A stretch of 64,000 nucleotides of DNA from an uncultured Chloroflexia bacterium (GCA_963704775.1 CAVPHR010000006.1:75-64074); one strand, 5' to 3'. Shown: positions 26,211-39,336, numbered from the stretch's first letter. Translations and numbers: made by a program. The notes: generated from the sequence alone by a model not told the origin.

Positions 26211-27106
26211 CCGCCGGGGACGACGTTCGCGAGCAGGCCGGCGAGCGTGCGGCGGTCAAGGTCGCCTCCGGAGCGCGACCACGCCGGATCACGGCGACCA
26301 AGGCCGGCATCGCGGTGGTCTTCCTCATCCTGTCGCTGCTGTTCATCATCCCGATCTACTGGATGGTCCTCAGCTCCATGCGCCCGCAGAGCTCGATCTT
26401 CGGCGCCAACATCAACCTGCTGCCGACCGGGTTGTCCCTCGACAACTACGTGCGCCTCTTCCGGGATACCCCGTTCGCGAAGTGGTTCTTCAACTCGGCT
26501 ACGCAGTCGCTGGGCTACGCGACCCTGACCGTGGCGATGTGCGCGATGGCCGGCTACGCGTTCGCGAAGTACCGGTTTCGCGGCCGAACGGTGATCTTCT
26601 GGACGATCCTCATCTCGCAGATGCTGCCGTTCCAGCTGCTGATCGTGCCCCTCTTCATCGAGATCGTCCGGCTCGGGCTGGTCGAGTCGTACTGGGCTGC
26701 CATCGTGCCACTGGCGGCCCACCCGATCGGGTTGTTCTTCATGCGCCAGTACATGCTCGGATTCAGCGACGACCTGCTCGCCGCCGGCCGGGTGGACGGC
26801 GCCAGCGAATACCGGCTCTTCTGGTCGGTCGTGCTTCCGAACATCCGGCCGGCCCTTGCGACCCTCTTCATCCTGTTCGCGCTCGACTACTGGAACAACC
26901 TGCTCTGGCCGCTGATCGTGTTCCGGCAAGTGGAGAACATGCCGCTGGCCGTCGGACTGGCGAACATGATCAGCCAGTACAAGGTCTCCTATGACCTGCT
27001 CCTTGCGGGCTCGACGCTGGCGACCCTGCCCGTCATCGCGCTGTTCATCCTGTTCCGCAAGCAGTTCATGGCGGGCACCGCCGTCACCGGAACGGGGATC
27101 CAGTAG
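26207..27106 (+). CDS. Carbohydrate ABC transporter permease (MalG/CUT1 type)
   Basis: IPIYWMVLSSMRPQS... and LLAAGRVDGASEYRLFWSVVLPNIRP EAA loop. The likely TTG start at 26207 overlaps the previous stop, but the start is uncertain. Confidence 0.8.
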   Translation: MTAGDDVREQAGERAAVKVASGARPRRITATKAGIAVVFLILSLLFIIPIYWMVLSSMRPQSSIFGANINLLPTGLSLDNYVRLFRDTPFAKWFFNSATQSLGYATLTVAMCAMAGYAFAKYRFRGRTVIFWTILISQMLPFQLLIVPLFIEIVRLGLVESYWAAIVPLAAHPIGLFFMRQYMLGFSDDLLAAGRVDGASEYRLFWSVVLPNIRPALATLFILFALDYWNNLLWPLIVFRQVENMPLAVGLANMISQYKVSYDLLLAGSTLATLPVIALFILFRKQFMAGTAVTGTGIQ

Positions 27107-27182
27107 CGCCGACTCGGTCGGTCCGCGCCCGGTACGTTCGGGGGAGGTGCCAACCTTGCCCTGACCGGGTAGCCTCGTAGAC

Positions 27183-27980
27183 ATGCACCGACCGACCGGC
27201 CCCGGTCCGACCGGCCGCCTCCTGATCCTCGTGCTCAGCGTCGCGCTGCTGACCGGGCTGACCGCCACGGTCACGACGGCAGCCGACGGCGCGGCCCTCC
27301 CCGCGTGCAAGGTCGCGGACACGCTCACCCTGCACCGATCCCTGACCGACTGGCGCCGTGCCCTCCTCGACCAGCAGTTCCGGCTCTCGAGCGCCCACAA
27401 GCCCAGGGATCTGCGCTCGACCGCGGGCGCGGGGCTCAACGCCGGCTACAAGGTCCGCCGCGTCGCCCTGACCGACCTCAAGAAGATGGCGACCGCGGCT
27501 CGCCGGGCCAGTGCCCGCTTCTCGGTCCAGTCCGCCTACCGGAGCTATGCGACCCAGAAGGCGACGTTCCAGAGCTGGGTCCGCGCCCACGGCTACGCCG
27601 TCGCGCTCAAGGAGAGTGCCCGGGCCGGCCACAGCGAGCATCAGCTCGGGACGACCGTCGACCTGCGGACGTACGGCGGGCGGGCTCCCTGGGACGTGAA
27701 GGACTGGGGCAAGTCGAAGGCCGGCAAGTGGCTCAAGGCGAATGCGTGGAAGTACGGCTTCGTCATGAGCTACCCGAAGGGCAAGACCGCGGTGACCTGC
27801 TACACGTACGAGCCCTGGCACTACCGGTATGTCGGTCGTCCTCTTGCGAAGGACGTCCGCGACAGCACGCTGACCCTGCGCGAATTCCTCTGGCAGCGGC
27901 AGAACCCGCCGGCCGCGCCGGAGCCAACCCCGACTCCGACCCCGACGCCCGAACCGAGTCCGAGCGACACCACCTCCTGA
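27183..27980 (+). CDS. Secreted M15B (VanY-type) D-alanyl-D-alanine carboxypeptidase
   Basis: Signal peptide, then SAYRSYATQKATF...SEHQLGTTVDL...YGFVMSYPKGKTAVTCYTYEPWHYRYVG (Zn ligands H-x6-D ... H). Pro/Thr-rich C-terminal tail. Confidence 0.8.
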   Translation: MHRPTGPGPTGRLLILVLSVALLTGLTATVTTAADGAALPACKVADTLTLHRSLTDWRRALLDQQFRLSSAHKPRDLRSTAGAGLNAGYKVRRVALTDLKKMATAARRASARFSVQSAYRSYATQKATFQSWVRAHGYAVALKESARAGHSEHQLGTTVDLRTYGGRAPWDVKDWGKSKAGKWLKANAWKYGFVMSYPKGKTAVTCYTYEPWHYRYVGRPLAKDVRDSTLTLREFLWQRQNPPAAPEPTPTPTPTPEPSPSDTTS

Positions 27981-28001
27981 CGTCGGGTCCGCGACGAGCG
28001 G

Positions 28002-31000
28002 TCAGTCCATCAGCCCGAGGCGGGTTGCGATCGTCGCCGCCTCGACCCGACCACCGACCCCGAGCTTGCCGATGATGTGCGACACGTGGACGCCGGCCGT
28101 GCTCTCGCTGATGAACAGCTCTTCCGCGATCTGACGATTGGTCCGGCCCAGGGCGACGAGCCTGAGGACCTCGACCTCGCGCGGTGTCAGGTCGTAGGCG
28201 CCGAGCGGGTCGGCCACGCTGGCTTCGACGGCGACCGGGCTGATCGCCGCCTCGAGTGAGACCCGCCCTCGTGTCGCCAGCTGTTCGATCCGCTCGCGGA
28301 GCGGCCGCGCACCGAGGCCGACCGCTGCATGATGGGCGGCTCGCAGCTGCTCGGCCGCCTCGACGCGATCCCCGCGATCGGCCATGAGCGCCTCCGCGAG
28401 CCGGAAACGCGCATATGCAACGAGGTATGCCGTCCGCCGCTCCGCGAGGAGCTCGACAGCGGCTCGCCAGGCCGCCGGGTCGGCGTGGTCGCCGGCGCGA
28501 CGACATTCCGCATTGGTCAACGCGAGATGACCGCGCGCCTCAAGGTCGGATCCTGGAGGGTGCGGCACCGATTCGAATGCCCGCGCGAGCACGTCGCGAT
28601 GCGCGACCAGGCGAGCCTCGGCAGCGGCCGCTCCGCTCAGGTCACGGCTCGCCCGCGCCCGCTCGGCCGCGTCCCCTTCGACCATCGCGGACAGGATGAC
28701 AGTCCGTCCCAGGACGGCGAGGTCCTCGGTCTCCTCCAGGATGTCGAGCGTCTCGTCCACGGCTCGCCGAGCAGCGTCGAACTCGTTCCGCCAGAAATGC
28801 ATCTCGATCGCCCCGGCTCGCAACGGACCGTTGAACTGGGCCTCGCGTCCGTTCCCGAGGGCAGCGAAGCCGCGGCCGACCGCGCGTTCGGCGGCCTCGA
28901 AGTCGCCGCGGGCGGCATACAGGCGACCCAGCATCGAGTCACAGAAGATCCGGCCGACGCCTGACGATGAGTCCGAGACGCGTTCGGCCAGGCCCAAGGC
29001 GTCATCCCAGCGACCGAGCGCGTACCAGGCCTGGGACGCATTGAGGATCAGGAAGTCCCCGTACTGTCGCGGGCCCCCAAGTCCGACCTCTGCCATACGG
29101 TCGGCGCCCTTCATTGCGACCGCGGCGGCCTCCTCGAAGTCACCGGCCAACTCGATCACCGTCGACAGGCAGGCATAGCCGCGACCGACATCGTCGAGAT
29201 CACCGACCTCCTCCGCGATCGCGATGGCCTCGCGCAGGATCACGATGGCCGCCCTCGTGTCGCCGAGCTGCGCGATGTCCGTGCCCTCGGACGCCATCGC
29301 ATGGCCTTCGATCTGGCGGTTGCCGAGCTCCCGGGCCATGACGGCCGCCTCGCGTGCGAGCGGGAGCGATTCCGAATACCGGGCGGCGAGCATCAGGATC
29401 TGGGCGTACCCGGCGAGGACGCGCGCCCGTTCCTCGGATGGCGGTTCGGCGCGGACCAGCTCCGCAGCGCGCGTATAGGCTGCGACGGACCCCTCGATCT
29501 CGCCCTGCGTCCAGAGCGCACGGCCGAGCCGCTCATGGAGCAGGCCCGCCCGGCTCGGGTCGCGCACAGGATCGACGAGCCCGAGCAGCACCCGGTAGTG
29601 ATCGGCGGCCCGGTCGAAGTCACCCGCCAGCTGCGCGGCCTGCCCGGCTCGCTGGATCAGGTCCTCACGGGTCATGCCTGACGCTGCCTCCGGATCCGGT
29701 ACGACCTCCCAGAGCTCCACCGCGCGTTCGAACTGGCTCTCGGATTCCGCGAAGGCGTTGGTCTCGAAGGCGGCGATCCCGGCGGCCGCCGACGCGGCGA
29801 GCGCCCGAGTCTGCTCGCGAGCGGCCACCCAGTGGTAGGCGATCTCGGCCAGCCGGCCCGCGTCGCCGCCTGCACCCGATCGGGTCTCGAGCTCGGTGGC
29901 GATGGCCACATGGAGGCGACGGCGGTCGCCCGGCAGGAGGGCGTCGTACACGGCCTCGCCCATCAGTGCGTGCCTGAACGCATATCGCTCGGCATCGCCC
30001 TGGTCCTCGGCCACGAGCAGCCCGGCCGTCGTCGCTTCGGCGAGCGCGGCCATGAGCTCGCGGTCATCGAGGTCGGCGATCGTGGCGAGCAGGTCGTGAT
30101 CGACGCGCCGACCAGCGACGGACGCGACGCCCAGCAGTCGATGCGCGTCTTCGCTGATCCCGGCGAGCCGCGCCCGGAGCACCTCGGCGAGGGTCACGGG
30201 CAGGCTCCGGCTCCCCGTTCCGGTGGCGAGCAGCTCCTCGGTGAAGAACGGGTTGCCCTCGGAGCGTTCCCAGATCGCGGTGGCCACCACGGGTTCGAGT
30301 TCGGTGCCGAGGATGGCTGTCAGCTGGCGCAGGACCTGCTCCCGGTCGAGTCTCGAGAGCTCGATGCGTTCGACGCATGAGACACGGTCGACCTCTGCCA
30401 GCCACGGCAGCAGGGGGTGGCGACGATGGAGCTCGTCGCTGCGGAATGTGGCCAGGATGAGCAGCCGCTCGTCGCGGATGTTGCGCACGAGGAAGGCGAG
30501 GAGCTCTCGCGTGGAGTCGTCGGCCCAGTGGACGTCCTCCACGACCAGCACGACGGCCCCCTCGTCGCCGAGCCGGCGGAGCAGGTCGAGGAGCGTCTCG
30601 TAGAGGCGGCTCCGGGCCCAATCGGGTCGGAGCTCGGCGGCCTCGATCGACCGGGCCGCAGACACGCCGGCGAATCGGAATGCTGCGGCGACTGCGACGA
30701 TCGCCTCACGCGTGGCCGGCGACCATTCGTCGCGGTCGGCATTCCCGAGCTGGTCCTCGAGCCCCCGCACCAGCGGGCGGACCGCCTCGACGATCGGACC
30801 GAAGGGGAGTGAGCCCTCCGCGACCCCCACACATCCGCCGGTCAGCACGATTGCGCCGGCCGCGCGGGCGTGCTCCGTCGCCTCGGCGACCAGGCGCGTC
30901 TTGCCGATGCCCGCTTCGCCACCGATGAGCACGACCCGGGCGCGACCTGCCGACGCGTCCGCGAACGCGTTCGAGAGGACCTCGAGCTCGGCACTGCGGC

Positions 31001-31106
31001 CGACGATCTCAGGGCTGACAATTCGGCCGGCCATCGCCTCGATGATACGGGGCGGCCCGAGTTCTTCGGTCGTGCCGGCCGGGCGGAGGCTTTCGTCGAT
31101 GACCAT
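28002..31106 (-). CDS. Large ATP-binding LuxR-family regulator (LAL type: AAA/NTPase + TPR-like repeats + C-terminal LuxR HTH)
   Basis: Walker A LIGGEAGIGKTRL, Walker B VVLVVEDVHWAD, long helical repeat region. C-terminal TPREVEVLRLVALGRTNRQIAEELFISESTAGVHVSHIIGKLGV. Confidence 0.85.
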   Translation of the reverse strand: MVIDESLRPAGTTEELGPPRIIEAMAGRIVSPEIVGRSAELEVLSNAFADASAGRARVVLIGGEAGIGKTRLVAEATEHARAAGAIVLTGGCVGVAEGSLPFGPIVEAVRPLVRGLEDQLGNADRDEWSPATREAIVAVAAAFRFAGVSAARSIEAAELRPDWARSRLYETLLDLLRRLGDEGAVVLVVEDVHWADDSTRELLAFLVRNIRDERLLILATFRSDELHRRHPLLPWLAEVDRVSCVERIELSRLDREQVLRQLTAILGTELEPVVATAIWERSEGNPFFTEELLATGTGSRSLPVTLAEVLRARLAGISEDAHRLLGVASVAGRRVDHDLLATIADLDDRELMAALAEATTAGLLVAEDQGDAERYAFRHALMGEAVYDALLPGDRRRLHVAIATELETRSGAGGDAGRLAEIAYHWVAAREQTRALAASAAAGIAAFETNAFAESESQFERAVELWEVVPDPEAASGMTREDLIQRAGQAAQLAGDFDRAADHYRVLLGLVDPVRDPSRAGLLHERLGRALWTQGEIEGSVAAYTRAAELVRAEPPSEERARVLAGYAQILMLAARYSESLPLAREAAVMARELGNRQIEGHAMASEGTDIAQLGDTRAAIVILREAIAIAEEVGDLDDVGRGYACLSTVIELAGDFEEAAAVAMKGADRMAEVGLGGPRQYGDFLILNASQAWYALGRWDDALGLAERVSDSSSGVGRIFCDSMLGRLYAARGDFEAAERAVGRGFAALGNGREAQFNGPLRAGAIEMHFWRNEFDAARRAVDETLDILEETEDLAVLGRTVILSAMVEGDAAERARASRDLSGAAAAEARLVAHRDVLARAFESVPHPPGSDLEARGHLALTNAECRRAGDHADPAAWRAAVELLAERRTAYLVAYARFRLAEALMADRGDRVEAAEQLRAAHHAAVGLGARPLRERIEQLATRGRVSLEAAISPVAVEASVADPLGAYDLTPREVEVLRLVALGRTNRQIAEELFISESTAGVHVSHIIGKLGVGGRVEAATIATRLGLMD

Positions 31107-31133
31107 CGAAGGTGGGAGTCAGACCGTTCGTCG

Positions 31134-31298
31134 TCAGACCGCGGCAGGCGAGCGATGGGTCCGGACCAGACGAGCGAGGCTCCAGCGATGCTTCGGCGCC
31201 GACCCGGCGGGGCCCCGGCGCACGAGGCGATCGGCCTCGGCCATGGCCTGGAACTCGGCGATCCGCATCTCGGCGAAGCTCTTCCGTGTCGTCATCAT
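31134..31298 (-). CDS. Small ORF (54 aa) immediately upstream of the LAL regulator, hypothetical
   Basis: GGAAGGA RBS lies 6 nt before ATGATG. High GC3. Peptide MMTTRKSFAEMRIAEFQAMAEADRLVRRGPAGSAPKHRWSLARLVRTHRSPAAV. It is below the 60-aa cut-off of the ORF track. Confidence 0.35.
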   Translation of the reverse strand: MMTTRKSFAEMRIAEFQAMAEADRLVRRGPAGSAPKHRWSLARLVRTHRSPAAV

Positions 31299-31440
31299 GG
31301 TTCCGTCCTTCCGGTGGGACGGCTCAGTCGCCGTCGTCGTGGATGAACGTACGAGTCACGGTGGGTCGGGAGCATCGGGCGAACGCGTCGTTCGCGGCCC
31401 CGATCGCCTTCATTTGCGTCGCCCGACCCTTTACGTCGCG

Positions 31441-35115
<3,675 letters not shown>

Positions 35116-35214
35116 TCCACTCGACTCATCGGACGACCGATGAGTTTTCCCCTGGTCCGACGTTTCACGACCAGACGACCGGTTCGACCGGACCGGCCAC
35201 AGCTGGAGGAAACC

Positions 35215-35634
35215 ATGGACTGGACACTCGAACTCGTGATGATCCCCGTCACCGACATCGATCGTGCAAAGGCGTTCTATGAGGATCAGGTCGGCTTCGG
35301 CGTGCTCGTCGACACCAGGGTCGGCGAGGACTTCCGCGTCGTCCAGATGACGCCCCCAGGCTCGTCGTGCGCCATCGCGATCATGAAGACGAGCCCGATG
35401 GCGCCGGGAACGCAGCACGGCCTCCACCTGTGCGTCTCCGACATCGACGTCGCCCGGGCGGAGCTCGTCTCGCGGGGCGTGGACGCCAGCGAGTTCTTTC
35501 ATTTCGGCGCCCAAGGGCAGCAGCCCGGCCCGGATCCGAAGCGCGAGAGCTACAACACGTTCCTCTCGTTCAACGACCCCGACGGCAACACATGGCTCGT
35601 CCAGGAGGTCCGCCGGGAGGCGCCGGTCTCGTGA
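35215..35634 (+). CDS. Glyoxalase/bleomycin-resistance (VOC) family protein
   Basis: MDWTLELVMIPVTDIDRAKAFYEDQVGF...LSFNDPDGNTWLVQE. GGAGGA RBS before the ATG. Confidence 0.75.
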   Translation: MDWTLELVMIPVTDIDRAKAFYEDQVGFGVLVDTRVGEDFRVVQMTPPGSSCAIAIMKTSPMAPGTQHGLHLCVSDIDVARAELVSRGVDASEFFHFGAQGQQPGPDPKRESYNTFLSFNDPDGNTWLVQEVRREAPVS

Positions 35635-36617
35635 CCGCTACGATCGGGCGGATGGATCCGACCGACGAGGTGACCGCCGCGATCTCGGGTGACGAACCCA
35701 CGTTCGCGGCGCTCACCGAGCGCCACCGTCGCGAGCTGCACGTCCACTGCTACCGGATGCTCGCGTCGTTCGACGAGGCCGACGACGCGGTGCAGGAGAC
35801 CTTCCTCCGGGCGTGGCGCGGCCGCGACGGGTTCGATGGCGGCTCGCTGTTCCGGGCGTGGCTCTATCGCATCGCGACCAACGTCTGCCTCGACATGCTC
35901 CGGCGCCGGTCGCGGCACCTGACGTCACTCCACTCGTATGTCGACGTGCCCTGGCTCCAGCCATATCCCGACCAGTTGCTGGACGAGGTCGCGCCGAGCG
36001 ACGAGGAACCCGATGCGGTGGTCATCACCCGCGAGACCATCGAGCTCGCGTTCCTCGCGGCGATGCAGGTCCTGCCGCCACGACAGCGGGCCGCGTTGAT
36101 CGCCCGGGACGTGCTCGGCTGGCCCGCCGCCGACACGGCGATGCTGCTCGAGACCAGCGTTGCCGCCACGAACAGCGCGCTTCAGCGGGCACGGGCAACG
36201 ATGCAGGAGCACCTGCCGGCTCGTCGCGCGGACTGGTCGGCGGGCGAGCCCAGCGAGGAGGAACGCGACCTGCTCGCAAAGTTCATCGACGCCCACGAGC
36301 GAGGCGACGCCGCCCTGGCCGTGGCGATCGCCGCCCAGGACCTCCGGGTCTCGATGCCACCCGCGAATCTGCTCTACGACGGCATCGAATCGATCGCGCC
36401 GCTGCTCGATCGCGCGTTGCGTGACGGCGAGTGGCGCCTGGTGCCGACGCTGGCCAACCGGATGCCGACAGCGGCCAGCTACCTCCGACAGCAGGGCGAC
36501 ACGATCTACCGCGCGTTCAAGCTCGACGTCCTTCGGGTCCAGGACGGACGGATCGCGGAGATCACGACGTTCGGCGCGGCGCTATTCCCGGCATTCGGGT
36601 TGGCGCCGACCCTCTAG
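35631..36617 (+). CDS. ECF-type RNA polymerase sigma-70 factor with long C-terminal (NTF2/SnoaL-like) extension
   Basis: Region 2 HRRELHVHCYRMLASFDEADDAVQETFLRAWR, region 4 LPPRQRAALIARDVLGWPAADTAMLLETSVAATNSALQRARATM, then about 130 extra residues. The start is GTG 35631 (overlapping the previous stop) or ATG 35652. Confidence 0.8.
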   Translation: MTATIGRMDPTDEVTAAISGDEPTFAALTERHRRELHVHCYRMLASFDEADDAVQETFLRAWRGRDGFDGGSLFRAWLYRIATNVCLDMLRRRSRHLTSLHSYVDVPWLQPYPDQLLDEVAPSDEEPDAVVITRETIELAFLAAMQVLPPRQRAALIARDVLGWPAADTAMLLETSVAATNSALQRARATMQEHLPARRADWSAGEPSEEERDLLAKFIDAHERGDAALAVAIAAQDLRVSMPPANLLYDGIESIAPLLDRALRDGEWRLVPTLANRMPTAASYLRQQGDTIYRAFKLDVLRVQDGRIAEITTFGAALFPAFGLAPTL

Positions 36618-36620
36618 ACG

Positions 36621-37451
36621 CTAGGTCAGCTCACCACGCAACTGCTGGAGGGCGCGTTCCAGCGGGCCACGGAGGGCTCGGCGCGGCTCGCCCGGGAAGG
36701 CGGTCTCGTCGGCGACCGCGTCGTCGAGGGACAGCTCGCCGGCGAGGACGTCACGGGCGAGCGCGGCCAGGACCGCGAACGATGTGGCCTGCGACTCGGC
36801 GAACGCCCGGCCGGCATGGTCGCCGTGGCCGGGCACGACCACGCCATCGCCCACGAGCCCTGCGAGGGCGGTCGCCGTGGCCGGCCAGTCGAGCGGGTAC
36901 CCGTCGCCGAAGAAGGGGACCGCCCCGCCCTCGAGCAGGTCGCCGGCCCACAGCACGCCTGTCCCGGGGACGCTGATGACGATGTCGTGATCGGTATGGC
37001 CGCGCCCCAGGTACCGGAGCTCGACCGTCCGCCCGCCGACCTCGATGGTCGCTAACTCGGCGAACGTCTTGTCGGGCGGATCGATCACGACCTCACCCAG
37101 GTCGTACGCCAGCTCCGGATTCTCGAGCGCGATCGTCGACCGGCGGGCGTCGCCCGTCCGCTCGATGAAGGACACGCACCGCTCGTGGCCCCAGATGACG
37201 GCCGGACGGAACACGTTGTTGCCGAAGGCGTGGTCGAAGTGCCCGTGGGTGTCCACGACGACCGTGACCGGCGCGTCGGTCAGGTTGCCGACGTGGGCCA
37301 GGATCTCGCGCGCCTGCGCGTGCGTGGACCGCGTGTCGATGACGAGGGCCTCGCCGTCGCCGAGGATCAGCCCGATGTTCTGGTCGTAGAAGGCGTATCG
37401 GCGCACGAAGAACCGATCGCCGATCTCGACCCAGCCGTCTTCGACACCCAT
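36621..37451 (-). CDS. MBL-fold metallo-hydrolase
   Basis: MGVEDGWVEIGDRFFVRRYAFYDQNIGLILGDGEALVIDT... VVVDTHGHFDHAFGN (HxHxDH) ... GHTDHDIV ... VPGHGD. Confidence 0.75.
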   Translation of the reverse strand: MGVEDGWVEIGDRFFVRRYAFYDQNIGLILGDGEALVIDTRSTHAQAREILAHVGNLTDAPVTVVVDTHGHFDHAFGNNVFRPAVIWGHERCVSFIERTGDARRSTIALENPELAYDLGEVVIDPPDKTFAELATIEVGGRTVELRYLGRGHTDHDIVISVPGTGVLWAGDLLEGGAVPFFGDGYPLDWPATATALAGLVGDGVVVPGHGDHAGRAFAESQATSFAVLAALARDVLAGELSLDDAVADETAFPGEPRRALRGPLERALQQLRGELT

Positions 37452-37504
37452 CGGCGCATGGTATCGACGGCGAGCGATGCCGGAGGGTCGCGTACGCTGC
37501 GCCC

Positions 37505-38359
37505 ATGCCATCGATCGTCAGTCACGCGACCGCGGCGGACGGCACGGACCTGCTCGTCCGGCACTGGCCACCCGACGAGGTCGAGGCCGGCGGGGCCTGG
37601 GCAGGCAAGCCGTGGGCCTCGATCCTGCTGGTCCACGGCCTGGGCGAGCAGTCCGGTCGCTACGAGCACGTCGGCGACCAGTTCGCGAGCGCCGGGCTCG
37701 ACGCGTGGGCGTACGACCAGCGCGGCAACGGCGGCTCGGGCGGGCGGCGCGGCGACATCGAGCGTTGGTCGCAGTTCCATGACGACCTCGGTGAACGGCT
37801 CGCGGCCGTCCGGGGCGGCGCCGGTGGCCGACCGGTCGTGGTCTACGGCCATTCGATGGGTGGGCTCGTCGTCGCTGGCTATCTCCTGAGCGACCGGCCC
37901 CGGCCGGATCTCGTGGTCCTCGGGTCGCCCGGGCTCGATTCGGCGCTGCCCGGGTGGAAGAAATCGGTCTCGCGCGTCCTCGCGAGGGTCACGCCGACGC
38001 TCCCGATCCCGAACGGCATCGACGGCTCGACTTTGTCACGCGACGCGACGGTCGGCGAGAAGGCCGGCGCCGACGCACGGAACACGACGTCCAGCACGGC
38101 CAGGTTCGGTGCCGCGGGACTCGCCGAGCAGGCCCGCGTTCGAGCGGGCGCCGCGGCCGGGTTCGGCGTCCCGACGCTGGTTCTGCACGGCCTCGACGAT
38201 GGCCTGGTCCCATCCTCGGCGTCCGAGGTCCTCGAAGGCGCCCCAGGCGTCGAGCGCCGCACGTTCCCGGGCCTCCGCCACGAGCTCCACAACGAACCCG
38301 AGGGCCCCGAGATCATCGAAGACGTGATCACCTGGCTGAGAGGCCACGTCCCGAAGTGA
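37505..38359 (+). CDS. Alpha/beta hydrolase (lysophospholipase / monoacylglycerol lipase-like)
   Basis: ILLVHGLGEQSGRYEHVGDQFASAGLDAWAYDQRGNGGSGG, nucleophile elbow VVYGHSMGGLV, LVLHGLDDGLVP, RHELHNEPE. Confidence 0.8.
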   Translation: MPSIVSHATAADGTDLLVRHWPPDEVEAGGAWAGKPWASILLVHGLGEQSGRYEHVGDQFASAGLDAWAYDQRGNGGSGGRRGDIERWSQFHDDLGERLAAVRGGAGGRPVVVYGHSMGGLVVAGYLLSDRPRPDLVVLGSPGLDSALPGWKKSVSRVLARVTPTLPIPNGIDGSTLSRDATVGEKAGADARNTTSSTARFGAAGLAEQARVRAGAAAGFGVPTLVLHGLDDGLVPSSASEVLEGAPGVERRTFPGLRHELHNEPEGPEIIEDVITWLRGHVPK

Positions 38360-38567
38360 GGGAGCCGTCGGCGTTCAGTCGTCGGACGTAGCCGTTGGGG
38401 CGTCCGTCGCAGAGCGAACTGAGAATCGGCGTTGCTGGCGAGTCCAGCCCAAGGCGGTGCCGAGCACGTGAGCGAGCGCACCTAAAGGTGCGTGAGTGAG
38501 CGCGCGCAGAAGCCAACGCAGGGATGGGCCGTCAGAAGCGCCGCCGTGGTAACGTGCGATTAACTTC

Positions 38568-38660
38568 ATATGCCTCCGGGGAGCGCTGGTGCGCTGAGAG
38601 TGTGGCAACCGCCACAGACCCGCCGAACCTGATCCGGCTCATACCGGCGAAGGAAGCAGG
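38568..38660 (+). promoter_or_regulatory. TPP (THI-box) riboswitch
   Basis: ccGGGGAGCgctggtgcgCTGAGAgtgtggcaaccgccacagACCCgccGAACCTGATCCGGctcATACCGGCGAAGGAAGc matches the conserved TPP aptamer core (CTGAGA, ACCC, GAACCTGATC-GG-TAATGCC-GCG-AGGGA pattern). It sits upstream of a ykoE-type gene. Confidence 0.85.
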
Positions 38661-38676
38661 CCGATCGACATCGATG

Positions 38677-38712
38677 ACGCCGCCCCCGGCATCCGGAGGC
38701 GGCGTTTCGCTT
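38677..38712 (+). terminator. Expression-platform hairpin after the TPP aptamer (terminator-like, weak U-tract)
   Basis: ACGCCGCC-cCCGGcatCCGGa-GGCGGCGT followed by TTCGCTT. It lies 25 nt upstream of the GGAGG RBS of the next gene. Confidence 0.5.
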
Positions 38713-38736
38713 GCATCGACCTGGAGGTTCGCGATC

Positions 38737-39336
38737 ATGTCCACGACGATCGGCACGGCGTCACCGAACACGGTGCCGGACACCCGCTGGCGGACGCGCG
38801 ACATCGTCGTCGCCGCCGTGATCGGCGTGTCGTTCGGGGTGGTCTTCTGGTTCTGGGGTCTCGTCTGGGAGACGCCGCCGTTGAAGGCGCTCTCCACGCT
38901 CGCTCTCCCGCTCCGTGACCTCGGTTACGCGGTCTGGCTCATCCCGGCGGTCCTCGCCCCGCTGATCATCCGCAAGCCCGGCGCGGCGCTCTTCGCCGAG
39001 CTCGTGGCCGCCGGCGTCTCGGCGCTCCTGGGCAGCCTGTGGGGCGTCGACACCCTGCTGTCGGGCTTCGTCCAGGGTGCTGCCGCGGAATTGGTCTTCG
39101 CCTTCACCCTCTATCGCCTCTGGTCGTTCCCGGTCCTCGCCATCGCCGCCGTTGCGAGCGCCGCAGCCGCGTGGCTGCACGACTGGCAGCTCTACTACCT
39201 CGAAGTCGATCTGACGGTCCAGATCTGGCGCTTCATCTTCATGGCGATCTCGGCCGTGGTGATCGTCGCCGGTGGCTCCGTCGCGATCCACAGGTCGCTC
39301 AAACGCGCGGGCGTCCTCGACGGGTTTCCCGACTGA
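38737..39336 (+). CDS. ykoE: ECF-transporter substrate-specific (S) component, YkoE-like (thiamine-precursor/HMP uptake)
   Basis: 199-aa, 6-TM protein (RDIVVAAVIGVSFGVVFWFWG..., LIIRKPGAALFAELVAAGVSAL...). Placed directly after a TPP riboswitch and before duplicated-ATPase and T-component genes, the known ykoEDC arrangement. Confidence 0.7.
   Translation: MSTTIGTASPNTVPDTRWRTRDIVVAAVIGVSFGVVFWFWGLVWETPPLKALSTLALPLRDLGYAVWLIPAVLAPLIIRKPGAALFAELVAAGVSALLGSLWGVDTLLSGFVQGAAAELVFAFTLYRLWSFPVLAIAAVASAAAAWLHDWQLYYLEVDLTVQIWRFIFMAISAVVIVAGGSVAIHRSLKRAGVLDGFPD

Noticed and set aside
27183-27980. Vancomycin-resistance cluster inferred from the VanY-like peptidase.
   Set aside because: No vanH/vanA/vanX or vanRS genes are adjacent. 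It is more simply a housekeeping M15B cell-wall carboxypeptidase.
31107-31440. RiPP or lasso-peptide precursor interpretation of the two small ORFs next to the LAL regulator.
   Set aside because: No maturation enzymes (cyclase, protease, YcaO, radical SAM, lanthipeptide synthetase) or exporter lie nearby. The neighbours are metX and the regulator.
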